Assembly (NCBI RefSeq): GCF_964355755.1
Contig: NC_092677.1
Coordinates: 15,150,101-15,214,100 of the forward strand
Source of the DNA: Antedon mediterranea
Taxonomy: Eukaryota > Animalia > Echinodermata
Reading direction: 5' to 3'
Length of the DNA stretch: 64,000 nucleotides
In this document: positions 1-11,648 of the stretch, in pieces
Layout of the letters: each line of letters opens with the position of its first letter
Numbering within the stretch: position 1 is the stretch's first letter
The notes under the pieces: model-generated
Seen by the model: the letters and a program-made list of their open reading frames with translations, nothing else
Told to the model about the DNA's origin: nothing
Databases searched by the model: none
Translations under genes and position numbers: made by a program

Positions 1-1262
1 ATGCAGCCATATGACGTCTCGAAGATGGTACCTTGGTGCCAAACGTTTTTCGTCGTAATACAGCCGTGGCAATTCAAAGGTCTTGCCTTGGAGAATAAGA
101 ATATATACAGTAAAACGTACCTATTTATGATATTGTGACGTCACTTCTGCTCCCGGAAATAGCAAAAAATCACTTCGAGATTTTATATAATTTACCGTAA
201 TTATGCCATTTCCAGTTATGTGACGTAACTTTTCGGAATATAGCCGTATTTGGTAGCGCAGGTTATTAATGTGTATGTGACGTTACATCCTGTCTTATGA
301 CGTCATTACAGCTTCTTTTTCTGTACCCTGAGTATCGCACATTTGTGCTTGTTTCAAATTTCAGTTTACTTGTTACTTTAAGACCGGCTTTGGGACCGTG
401 GTTCGGATTGCCTCAAACATTAATGGAGTTGTCCTTGACCACATATCTATCTGTATTTTCATTTTGGAAAAAGATCTTGCAATAGCATTTTGATTAATCT
501 GATCCTCCTGCTAACAAACAGATAGAAAACAGACAAAAGACACACGTGATCGATTACATTATACAGAGTACCTTCCTGCCAAAGGTATAAAAAAACAACA
601 AAACATCAAACCAAACAGGGCTACTAGATTAAAACAGGGCTACGGCAACACTGGTCTATACGACACAGCAGGCTCATTTTGTACGTAACTATAACTCCCG
701 CTATTGTATTTAATTAATTTCATTTAGCATTCATTTAACAATATTTAAAATACATAAAGAAAAAATACCAAAATATTGGAGTATTAAAATTGAATAAAAC
801 CAAAGTTAATGGTATATATATATATATATAATATATATAGTATAAGCATACAATATATTATATTGTATGATTATAGGCCTACTTTTGTGAGAGCCTGTGG
901 CCTTTTTGCAGCTGATTGTAGATAGCAGTTTAGTATTAGGCCTACTGAAACTTACGTTTACTTGAAATATACTTACTCATAAACCGTTTAAATCTCACGA
1001 ATTACCTTACAAGCCTGTGTTACAAAATAATTTCTGCATAAAGTAGTTAAATCCAATATAAAATTATATAATATTATCCCGCCACATCAGCACGTAAACG
1101 GATATACGGTTCAGTGAACATCGACTAAGCATGCCAAATTATTCGCATGTACAGTATATACTTAATAGGTCACGTCAAACTTAATTTCTCAATTATTTAA
1201 ACAATTCTACATAATTCGTTAAAAAACAAGACATAGTAAACAATATATAGATATATATATAT

Positions 1263-1447
1263 AGTGGTCTAATGGTTAGGGCAACTGCATATCAAGCAGA
1301 CGGTCCGAGTTCGAGTCTCGGTTGGGGCGACTTTTTCTCATTCTCACAGATTTCCTCATCTTTGTCGTTTCAAAAATTAATTAAATAATTTTCAGTGTAT
1401 CACCGAGCGGTTTGGAATTTATTTCTATGCCTGTTGTGTTTATATAT
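1263..1447 (+). mobile_element. tRNA-derived repeat (SINE-like), copy 1, 5'-truncated
   Basis: Pol III A-box-like TGGTCTAATGG and B-box GTTCGAGTC; near-identical to 1886-2070; preceded by (TA)n. Confidence 0.6.
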
Positions 1448-1885
1448 AAAAGTATCTCTCGAGATCCCGCTTAGTGAATAAATATACTGAATTATAGATG
1501 AGGGCATATCAATTTGATCTCTGGTGCGCGTGCGTACAACTGAGGACTAGTTGTGTTCCATTTGATTTGATTTGATTTGATTTATTTCGGCATCAGTACA
1601 TAAAATATCACAGACATACAATTAAAATTGGCAAATATAAAAATACCAAAATAAAACAAGGATGCCAAGGATAACTCATAAAAGTCCTCTACGGACTTGT
1701 TTCCAATGAGGTCCTTTGAAAGAACAGCAAAAAAGACAAACAAAGCAACATAATAAAAATAACAAAAAACAGCAAAAAGGACAATCGAAAAAAGAAGAAG
1801 CGCTAATTAAATAGTTTAAACCGTACCACGCCGAGAATGTTAAAGGGTCGTTATCCGATCGAGTTAAAGAACAATACCATGAAAG

Positions 1886-2064
1886 CCTCAGTGGTCTAAT
1901 GGTTAGGGCAACTGCATATCAAGCAGACGGTCCGAGTTTGAGTCTCGGTTGGGGCGACTTTTTCTCATTCTCACAGATTTCCTCATCTTTGTCGTTTCAA
2001 AAATTAATTAAATAATTTTCAGTGTATCACCGAGCGGTTTGGAATTTATTTCTATGCCTGTTGT

Positions 2065-2070
<6 letters not shown>
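1886..2070 (+). mobile_element. tRNA-derived repeat (SINE-like), copy 2, with full cloverleaf-like head
   Basis: GCCTCAG/TTGGGGC acceptor stem, D-arm, CTGC-ATATCAA-GCAG anticodon arm, CCGAG-TTTGAGT-CTCGG T-arm, then ~110 bp shared with copy 1; followed by (TA)n. Confidence 0.6.
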
Positions 2071-2097
<27 letters not shown>

Positions 2098-2099
<2 letters not shown>

Positions 2100-2251
2100 C
2101 ATCCAAAGGCAAATTACTGAAAAAAATGACAATGCTGTGGGTATCAGTGGCTGGATCTCAATGGAATACAAAATAAAAGCGAAAAGCTAAATCAAAACGA
2201 GAAGTAAAACAGCCAGAAAAGTTAGCAGAGCTTTCGGGCAACACTAGCCCT
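2098..2251 (-). mobile_element. Penelope-like (PLE) repeat fragment with truncated hammerhead motif
   Basis: Reverse complement of the repeat at 41300-41462 and 50363-50532; adjacent to (TA)n. Confidence 0.6.
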
Positions 2252-2511
2252 AGCTGTTATGTTTGTTGTCTTTTATATTAGATACCGAGACTAGAGACAC
2301 AGATGTATTTTATGTAAAGACCGTTATTTATTTCAGCTTTGGAAGTGTTGTCTCTATAACAACTTTGTCTTTCCTCCGCCCCTCTATCTACTAGTACTAC
2401 AAGATCATAATAATTATTAGCACAATAATGTGACAATGGCTCAATATTTCCGTATATCTGAGAATTTAACTCCATGATCTCAGGTGTGTAAGAGGTATAA
2501 CTGTTGAATTT

Positions 2512-2696
2512 AAGCGTGGTACCCACTAGCGACACAACGCAAGGACGTAACGAAACGCAAGTGAATTGATCAATCACAAGCGATGGCTGATTCGCTTGTG
2601 ATTGCTAACTGTCTCTTGTCATTGGTTAAAACGCTTGCGTTGCGTTTACGTCCTTGCGTTACGTTCTAGTGTTACGTTCTAGTGGGAACCAAGCTT
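2512..2696. mobile_element. MITE with long imperfect TIRs (PIF/Harbinger-like)
   Basis: AAGCGTGGTACCCACTAG...CAAGGACGTAA at the left end mirrors TTACGTCCTTG...CTAGTGGGAACCAAGCTT at the right end. Confidence 0.65.
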
Positions 2697-3406
2697 TTTA
2701 TAGTGTTATTACGAATAGGCGAGTTATTAAAAAGAAAATGTTTGTAGGATTTATCATAATTTGTTTACAGTAGGTCTACAATAAAAATCTACCTAACATG
2801 TAAAGCATGTCTTATACTAATATGCTGCAAAAAAAACTGGAGTTCAAAAGTTTTAAGAACAGAGCAAAATAAACGAGTCCCTAAAAAATCCCTCTGAAAT
2901 CATAATTAAATCAAAATTGTAGATTAATGTTACAGTGTTTCTTAAAGTTTTGGGATCAAAATTCAGTACTCATAACTCCAGCTGAACGATTTTAGATTCA
3001 GGAAAGCTGTTGACTCATAGTCGCATTCCTGTACTTCGTTGCTGGTGCACTGTGAGGTGTTATTACAACTTTCTGAGTGTGAAGAAGTGCTCTTGTGACG
3101 TCCAGACCTGCCAGCATGAGCTATGATTATCTCGTTATGTAAAGCTTCAACTAAAATTGGTATCAATTATCAAAACATTTATAACATATACTATCCACCC
3201 TTGAATCAAAGTGTAAAATGCAATGCATGTCTCTATTTAGACTAGACTATAGTGTGCATTATTGTACCATATAACATTACATGCTGCTGCTCCAAGCTAG
3301 ACCTCAAATTCAAGTATAGGTAATAGGCATACTGTATGTAATGTTTAGATTAACATTAAATGGCTGTTATACAGTAAGTAGACATTTTAATCCTTCCCTG
3401 ATCTAA

Positions 3407-4783
3407 TTAAACGTGTTTTCTTTTATTTATCGCCATAACAAACTTTTTAAGGTCTTCTGCTAACAAACCTGGAACCTCCAAAGCAGCAAAATGTCCTCCG
3501 CGTGGCATAATAGTATATTGTACAAGATCAACATACTGTCCATGAAGCCATGGTTTTGGCGGTCGTAGTAACTCGTCTGGAAAAACTGCAACGGCTGATG
3601 GAACATTAAATTCATACATAGGATCTTGAAACACCTTTGGCATGTTCTCCTTGTAAAACCTCATTGCCGTTGTCATTGAACCAGTCATCCAATATAACAT
3701 AATATTTGTCAGAAGATCATCCAAATCAAATTTTCCTTCAATGCCACAGTCATCCTTATTTCGATCATCCTTATGTTTAGTTATCGTCGTAAATTTCTCC
3801 AAAATGTAGGCAGCTAATCCAACAGGCGAATCGTCAAGCGCGTGACCAATAGTATCTGGTTTGGTTGCTTGTATGTGTGAGTAACCGGTTTCCTTTATAA
3901 GTTCCTTCAACAGGTAACTCGCTGGAAAAACCATTTCTTGATGTTCTTTGGAGCTTAACACCAGACTTGGGAAATAACTTCCAATGACGAATCGAAGAAA
4001 TTGGAATGAAACATATGGTACTGCCATATTCGAATGCAAACCTAGGATTGAATTCGGTGCTATTAGAGCCATCTTAACAATTACGGTAGCTCCAAAATCT
4101 CCACCTTGGATGTAGTATTGGTTAAAGCCAATTCGTTTCATGAGTTTATCAAAGATTCTTGCAACGACGACAGCGTCGAGACCCATTTTGTGAGAACCTT
4201 CTGAAAAAGTAAAGCCTGGTATAGAAGGACAAATGACCTCAAAGACCACATCTTCATCACTACCATCAGTGGATTTTGTAAGCATACGAGAAATTTGAAG
4301 AAATTCATAGAAAGAGCCAGGCCAACCGTGAATTAGCATCAATGGAACCGCTTTCTGTCCCGCTTTGAGAATTGGCTTGACATGTATAAAATGTATATCC
4401 AAGCCCTCGATGTTGGTTTTAAAATGATCAAATTTATTGATCTCTTCTTGATGCTTCGTCCAATTATAACTGCTTAGCCAATAGTTTGCCACCTTCTTCA
4501 TGTACTCTGGTCTTATACCGTAGTGTGACCGACTGTTTTCTAGCCCTTCGCCAAATCGGGTATTTTTTATTCTCGATTGCAAATCGTTCAAAGCAGAGTT
4601 GTCAAATTCAACTTTAAACGACGTTATAACATCTGATGGCGGCGTTGTTGGTCGGGGCCCTTTACCCCACCATCCGTCGCCATACTCGGGAGGCTCTGGT
4701 GGTGAATCAAATACCCCAGCCGACATTAAGGATAGTACAATGGCTAAAACAAGCACGCATATTGATAATACTTTACAAAACAT
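3407..4783 (-). CDS. EPHX1: Microsomal epoxide hydrolase 1 (alpha/beta hydrolase), single coding exon
   Basis: 458-aa ORF: N-terminal membrane anchor, GWWG, GLDIHFIHV, HGWPGSFYEF oxyanion motif, QGGDFG nucleophile, GYSHIQATKPDT, SPVGLAAYILEKF, FPDEL acid, RGGHFAALE histidine. Confidence 0.95.
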   Translation of the reverse strand: MFCKVLSICVLVLAIVLSLMSAGVFDSPPEPPEYGDGWWGKGPRPTTPPSDVITSFKVEFDNSALNDLQSRIKNTRFGEGLENSRSHYGIRPEYMKKVANYWLSSYNWTKHQEEINKFDHFKTNIEGLDIHFIHVKPILKAGQKAVPLMLIHGWPGSFYEFLQISRMLTKSTDGSDEDVVFEVICPSIPGFTFSEGSHKMGLDAVVVARIFDKLMKRIGFNQYYIQGGDFGATVIVKMALIAPNSILGLHSNMAVPYVSFQFLRFVIGSYFPSLVLSSKEHQEMVFPASYLLKELIKETGYSHIQATKPDTIGHALDDSPVGLAAYILEKFTTITKHKDDRNKDDCGIEGKFDLDDLLTNIMLYWMTGSMTTAMRFYKENMPKVFQDPMYEFNVPSAVAVFPDELLRPPKPWLHGQYVDLVQYTIMPRGGHFAALEVPGLLAEDLKKFVMAINKRKHV

Positions 4784-6053
4784 GTCTGTCCGGCGGTCGT
4801 GTCGTGTGAATCGACGTGACCTCTTTTCACCAACACACGTAATTACAATACCTTAGGTACCTGGACGATCGAACGTGCAGGTCATGTACAAAATAATGTA
4901 ATGCTTAGTCTACTTACTTATGTAAATAATGATTATGAATGCTATGCAACGGTTAAATCGGATCCAATCAAAACTGACTAAACGGGTTAAAGGTTGTTTC
5001 TGTAAAAGCAATTACTCAAATACCCGACAGCTCTATTTAAATCAAACAATACGGTTATTTCCGACTTGGCTTCAATAGAGCGTGGTGGATTAAACTTTGT
5101 ATAGTTGGCTATTATAGTAGTCTATTATTAATATTGATTGAAATATTTATTTATACTGGGTAATAATAAATTGTTATTGCCTTTTGAAACGGCAATGACA
5201 GTAGGCTTGGCTACCAGCACTTAACCTGACCATTATATGGACGTTAAAGTAGGTCTACGAACTTATTCCTCAATATTCAACTTTAATTTCTTTCATTTCG
5301 GAAATATTTCATCCTCAAAAAACTATAATTAAAAAAGAATAACAAAATTTAATAGTTCTCCATCTACAAAACATGCGTATCTGTGTGTAATGCACTGCAG
5401 TAAAAATAATTGGTTTCAGAGAAAATAAATGAATGAATAAAACAACGGATCCGCTATTGCATATTTATTTATTTATTTTTATTTATTTATTTTATTTAAC
5501 AACATATTTATACAGGATAATACACAATCAAGTATAAATAAACTTGTTTTGCATTGTGGTCCTCGCATATCATTTAGGCCTATTTATTTAAATTTTATTT
5601 TAATATTTATTTAACTTTTTATTTGATTTTTTATTTTATTTAATTTTAAATTAATTATAATTAAACCGGTAAAAGAACACGTTACGTTCATTCGTTCCCA
5701 TCATAACATTAACAATGAAATAATAAAATAATGTTTGTTATTCGCGTTTACAGAAGAGCCAGAGCAATCAGATACGTAGGCCTAAATCAAAAAACTAATT
5801 TGAAAAAAAAATGTGGTGTGACGAAAATGGTAGTGATATGCCCAAATATGGTAGTGATATGACATCATCATGTCCATATATGGGCACATTCCATTTTTTT
5901 TCCACACATTTTGATAGTGTAGACCTCGATGTGTAGACCATGGACAGAGCTTAAAGTTTTCACGGGTCGCGCGCAAAATGCATAGTAAATAAATTCCGCC
6001 CTCTAGAATACGCCTGCAACAACACAACATGCAATTCAATCAACAACAGAGAA

Positions 6054-6393
6054 ATGGCGACTCTTAAAAGTTGCAAGTACTTTACTAAGTCAGGAGAAAC
6101 GTCAATGCACACGTTAGATGAGTTATTTCAGGACATTTCAAAGCATCTGACGTTGAAGAATTTTGAAACAATAGTTTCGGTTTTCATTAGTGATCCTAAA
6201 GGGGAATGGTTGGAGGATTTAGATAAGGTTTCCGAGGACAAGGCTAGGGTGCGAAGCGGATACGATTTGTTTCTCGCCCTCAGAAGACAGGGGATGTGTG
6301 ATGAAGGCAACTTGAATCATCTGTTGACAGTCCTGCGTGTAATACGACGTTATGATCTCACACGACTTGTGACTCTTGCTAAACCTTCGACAA
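6054..6393 (+). CDS. DEDD: Death effector domain-containing protein, exon 1 (DED)
   Basis: SGYDLFLALRRQGMCDEGNLNHLLTVLRVIRRYDL matches the DEDD DED (RxDL motif); GT donor at 6394, phase 1. Confidence 0.85.
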
Positions 6394-6798
6394 GTACGAT
6401 ATTTGTGTTAAACTATCGCTTTCTATACAATACAAGTAGCCTAGGCCTAGGCTAGTTTTAAATAAATTAAATAAGGGCTAGAAAAATCTGGCTCTAGGGC
6501 GCGCCTAGGCCTACAGTAGTAGAGGCTAGGCTAGGCCTAGAGGAGGGCCTACTAGGCTACTACTAGGCCTAGACCGCCGAGTTAGGAGGCTTAGTTTGTA
6601 GTCTAAATGAGTCACTCTCATGTACCAATTCTATATGTAGGACGTGTCATGTGGCCTAGGCCTAGGCCTATAATAATTAATACTTATCATGGATTTTGTT
6701 TATGACATAATTAAAGGCCTAATGATAATAGACATTTAAAGACTATTTTTTTTAACACACATTTTACAATTAATAATCTATTACACTCTTTTCCATAG

Positions 6799-7122
6799 TC
6801 TTACCAGATCCAGTTAATGCGTATTTATCAAAGACGTGTTTGAAAACTAAAAGATATCATCAAAAGGAAACTTCTGACACATCATCATCAGAATCGTCAT
6901 CAGAAGAAGAAATGGACAATGAAAGAGACATTCCTGAGCATGAACAATCTTCCTCTAGTAGTTTGACAAAAAATGTTAGAAAAAGAAGATTAGAAAAAAA
7001 TGTGAAAATGTCATCGAAAAGACGGAAACATTGCAAGGATAGTACTGGGAAGAAGATTAAGGGCTGTCGGAAAGATGAAAATGTTGAAGATTCTTTACCA
7101 AGAGAAGTACTTCATACATGTG
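6799..7122 (+). CDS. DEDD: DEDD exon 2 (basic/NLS-rich linker)
   Basis: ttccatag acceptor; continues frame as (I)LPDPVNAYLSK...KRRKH...HTC; donor at 7123. Confidence 0.75.
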
Positions 7123-7455
7123 GTACATAGTTTCCATAAAAATAATCAAACAAACTAATTGAATATTTAGTTTCATTTATGTAATTGTTAATACTGTATT
7201 CAGGGGAGACTTTGTTGAGTCTTAAAGTTGCACCTTAAAAAGGGATTTACTGCATTTCATTTTATTATGATGTTATTAATTATTTTAAATGTTTTATGTG
7301 TTATATCATTATGTGTAACTTAAAAACTTTAAAATGATTTTTAATATTATTAAATCACTATCTACCTACTGTATACTTTGCAAAACCTAAATTGAGTATA
7401 GTGTCACATTGGTTAGTATTATAATTAATAACTTATTATTCTATGTCTTATCTAG

Positions 7456-7826
7456 ATGTGAAGCTAAGAGTGAGAGCAGAATACATCCGCCATGATGACG
7501 AATTACACAATCACATACACTCCAACAAACAACACCGCAAAGAAAAGCAATTTGAGCTGTTTTCCCAAGCAAGCACAATCCTGCGGACAAGAGATCTTGG
7601 CTCAATCGTCTGTGATATTAAATTCTCTGAGATAACGTATCTAGATGCTTTCTGGAGAGACTATACAAACGGCGCTTTATTAGAAGCGTTGAAGAGCGTG
7701 TTCATATCGGAAGCGTTGAAGGAGGAGATTGGTCATAATGCCATTCGGTTGTTAGTGAGCGTCGATGAAAATGACTATGATAGAGGCCGTAGAATTCTTA
7801 TTAAAAATCTATGCACAGAAGTATAA
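7456..7826 (+). CDS. DEDD: DEDD exon 3 (conserved C-terminal domain)
   Basis: (TC)DVKLRVRAEY...RDLGSIVCDIKFSEITYLDAFWRDYTNGALLEALKSVFI...IRLLVSVDENDY closely matches the vertebrate DEDD C-terminus. Confidence 0.92.
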
Positions 7827-9904
7827 GTTAGTGTCAAATCAGATTGTTAAATACAAATTCTTGCAGTATGCTATGTAAATGTGAAGTTACACCACACAGA
7901 TAGAGTTGGACCTACATTTTACGAACTGTACAACAGCGAAACATAAAAGCTTCATGCCGTTACACAACCATCTTTCCAAAGTTTTAGTTCTTTGTGGTTA
8001 TCACATTCTGTGGCAAGATCTCGCAAATATTTCTACCCCAGAACTTTTTACCTTAACAATAAACAGTTAACCAAAAACGTCTGGCAGACAATTTGACTAA
8101 TTTTTGCTTTAAATTACAGTTGCATATTTTATTTTTGGTTAAAGTGAATAACTAATAACTAATGTGATAATCAAATGACATATTCCCAAAAAAATCTTTT
8201 TTTTTTCAGGGAGGGATTATTTCAAAATTTACTCAACAGCGGTATTTATAAACTACATTTTTTAACTAAAATAACATGGTTTTAGTTAAGTTTTTTTTTT
8301 CAAAGTTTGAGGAAGTCTTTGCAATAAACTGCTGCCTATATTATATTGATTTTATAAACACATAGAATATTTAAAGCAGTTTTATGAACAAATGATTTTT
8401 CATTTTAGATTAAGAATTCAACATTTTACTGTTTTCCATACATATTAGATTATATGAACTAACTCTACTGATTTTGTTTAAATTTAAAAATATAATTCTG
8501 TTTATACTTTGAATAAATATATTCAGTTCAGTTGATTATTTGCTGAAGTACCTCGTAGAATTCACTATTCTCACAATATCACAAAATGACAGTCAAGACT
8601 AATCAAAAGTCTTTAAACACCTTTTTTATATTGCTAGTAATATTTTGCGAGTGCTATGTTGGCTATTTTTGTTTCAGTCTGTCTAGATTAACTCAAATAT
8701 ACATATATTTAGCTTTTTAACAGTATTAAGCCGAATCGATGTTTAGACCCTAGGCAACCATAGTCTAGTTGCATCACTTCACATGGTGCCACCAGTTGCC
8801 GTTTTGATTTAGTCTGTAACTAGACTAGCTCAAATATATATAATATTTGACATACCATGTGTACAAACAAGTCGCCATCAAGATCCTAGACTACAGTAGT
8901 CGCTTTACGTGGTGTCACCAATTAGCGTTTTACTTCTAGACCTGCTGAAATATATGCAAGACACGCCATGTGTGTACCAAAATGTCTTTCTATAGATATT
9001 AAGCCGAAATGCTAGTTTCGCTTTACATGGTGTCGCCAGCAAGAGTTTTTTTTTACGAACCAGCTCAAGTATAATTTATGCATATATGTGCAAAGAAATG
9101 TTCGTTACAAATATTTACCCGAATCTCTTTTTAGAACTTATACTTTTTACACAGTAACAGCAATGTTTATAATTTGCATTTTTTTCTATTTTATCTTTAT
9201 AAAAAGATTATACAGTACCATGAAACAACACACAACAATTAAAATACAAAAATAGGTTATGTTTAGTATTTATTTTTCAAAAAAGACCTCAATTTTTAAT
9301 ATTTTTTTCATGCTGTAGTATTAAGGCAAGAATATATGCTGCTATAGATCACCCTGCGTTAAAAAAAAGACCGACTAAATCTAGTGGACGGAATGCTAGT
9401 ACAGTAAACATTGTAGTAACCCCTATTAAGAGGAACAACTTGGGACCAACAAAGTGTGTAAATAGTGATATATATTTTCCCTTCTTCACAAAATACCTTG
9501 TAGAGACTAATATTAATTGTGGACGGAATTCTATTTTATCATTCTTTTCTATTTCTACCAGAGCTTCTCTGCTATCACATTGTACCGTTACAAATGGGCT
9601 TATTTAAAGTATCTACGTTCATATAAAAATTACTCAATATATAATACTAAATATAATTTAAGTACATAAGGAATGCATGGTCATTGGACGGAATATTTAT
9701 ATACAATAGATATATATAGGTATGTTAGTAAGCACGATAAATATATAAAACAAACTTGCAAGGGAATATACCATAAAGTTGAATGGAATACAATATTGTA
9801 AATGATTTTAATTGAGGAATCAAATATATCATGACGTGATGTATCGTGCACAAATAGTAAATATACTAATGTTATTAATGTAGACACAGTAGTTTCACTC
9901 ATCG

Positions 9905-10625
9905 ATGACATCACAGGGTACACACATTGATGATGTCACAGAATGTACACACATTGATGGAATCACAGAATGCAAACATTATTTCCACACATGGATAACA
10001 TATAATGCCATTACGCATTGGTTTCACACATTGATGATGTCACAGAATGTACACACAGTGATGAAATCACAGAATACAAACATTATTTACACACATGGAT
10101 AACATATAATGCCATTACGCATTGGTTTCACACATTGATGATGTCACAGAATGCAAACATTATTTACACACATGGATAACATATAATGCCATTACGCATT
10201 GGTTTCACACATTGATGATGTCACAGAATGTACACACATTGATGGAATCACAGAATGCAAACATTATTTCCACACATGGATAACATATAATGCCATTACG
10301 CATTGGTTTCACACATTGATGATGTCACAGAATGTACACACATTGATGGAATCACAGAATGCAAACATTATTTCCACACATGGATAACATATAATGCCAT
10401 TACACATTGGTTTCACACATTGATGATGTCACAGAATGTACACACATTGATGGAATCACAGAATGCAAACATTATTTCCACACATGGATAACATATAATG
10501 CCATTACGCATTGGTTTCACACATTGATGATGTCACAGAATGTACACACAGTGATGAAATCACAGAATACTTACATTATTTACACACATGGATAACATGT
10601 CATTACGCATTGGTTTCACACATAA
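9905..10625. repeat. Minisatellite, ~104-bp unit with internal sub-repeats
   Basis: Repeats of CACACATTGATGATGTCACAGAATG...CCATTACGCATTGGTTT; the ORF starts at 10199, 10303 and 10407 are 104 bp apart. Confidence 0.9.
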
Positions 10626-11459
10626 CACACTAGATTCATGTTTTTCAAAAACGTTTGATGACATCACACACCTTTGAAACATTATTTCACACACATTGAT
10701 GAAATCACAAAATTAACATGCTTACAAGAACGGTAGAAAACACATACATACATATAGATATGTGTACAAATTAAAAATATATGTAGCACTCATCAAATTT
10801 AGTAACTAATATTTCTATATTTTTAAAATCAAAATACAAGCGATATATTATTAATGATTGTATATTACATGAATAAAATTGGTTAATATTTTATTTATCA
10901 CTGATTTAAGCATTAAACTCGCACTTATCAAAGCATTAATGATTGTCCAACTTTACAAAATGTTAAAACGAAAATAACTAATATAACTCAAGCGAACACA
11001 GGTTAAAAAGCATTATTATTTATAAAATATATCATAATATACTGGCAATCCTAAAATTGTAATGCAATAAACATTGTAGTATTTCAATGATCAAAAAGAA
11101 TGAGAATTATTACTTTTACAGTACAGTAAATAATGTTTGTAAAAAAAAAAGTAAATTCTAAAACCAATACATTTACTTTACAATAGTACATTGTATTGTA
11201 CAAAGCCAGCAATACTGTTTTATTTAAAAATTGATTATTTACATTAAATGTACAGTAAGTAGAAAATACTATACAATAATGCTGAAGTTGTTATTAAAAT
11301 TTCTCACCCATACATAACATGTTGTTGATACAATATTAATTTGTAATCTCAACATAGGTCAATATTAAAATAATTGTATTCATGATCAAAATAAAATAGG
11401 ACTGATATCATCATAAACTATGCTGCCAAACTCTTCATCTTGCATCATTGTAAAGAGTA

Positions 11460-11604
11460 AAGCTATGTCTACACTATCAAATTAGTTTGACAAAAAAGGT
11501 GTGATGTACCCACATATGGCAGTGATGATGTCATCAAGTACATATATGGGGACATCACATTTTATAGTCGCATAAAGTTTGATCGTGTAGATAGATAGAG
11601 CTTA
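11460..11604. mobile_element. MITE family with AGCT(C/A)TGTCTACACTATCAAA TIRs; related copies near 5780-5952, 17275-17343 and 54338-54488
   Basis: Terminal GTCTACACTATCAAA / TTTGATCGTGTAGA and a shared core ATATGG..GTGAT..CATCA..CATATATGGG in several copies. Confidence 0.6.
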
Positions 11605-11648
11605 AGACTGAAGATGCTGGTGGTCTAAATCATGAAATTACACTACAA

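Noticed and set aside
376-507. Possible minus-strand terminal exon (EDQINQNAIARSF...PKPVLK*)
   Set aside because: An acceptor-like site is present, but I recognise no homology and cannot link it to a gene.
1886-1957. Functional tRNA-Asp(ATC) gene
   Set aside because: Non-canonical anticodon loop, mutated T-loop in this copy, and embedded in a longer duplicated repeat.
9905-10595. Repeated 62-65 aa ORFs or a CRISPR-like array
   Set aside because: Pure tandem minisatellite with no unique spacers, in a eukaryotic context.
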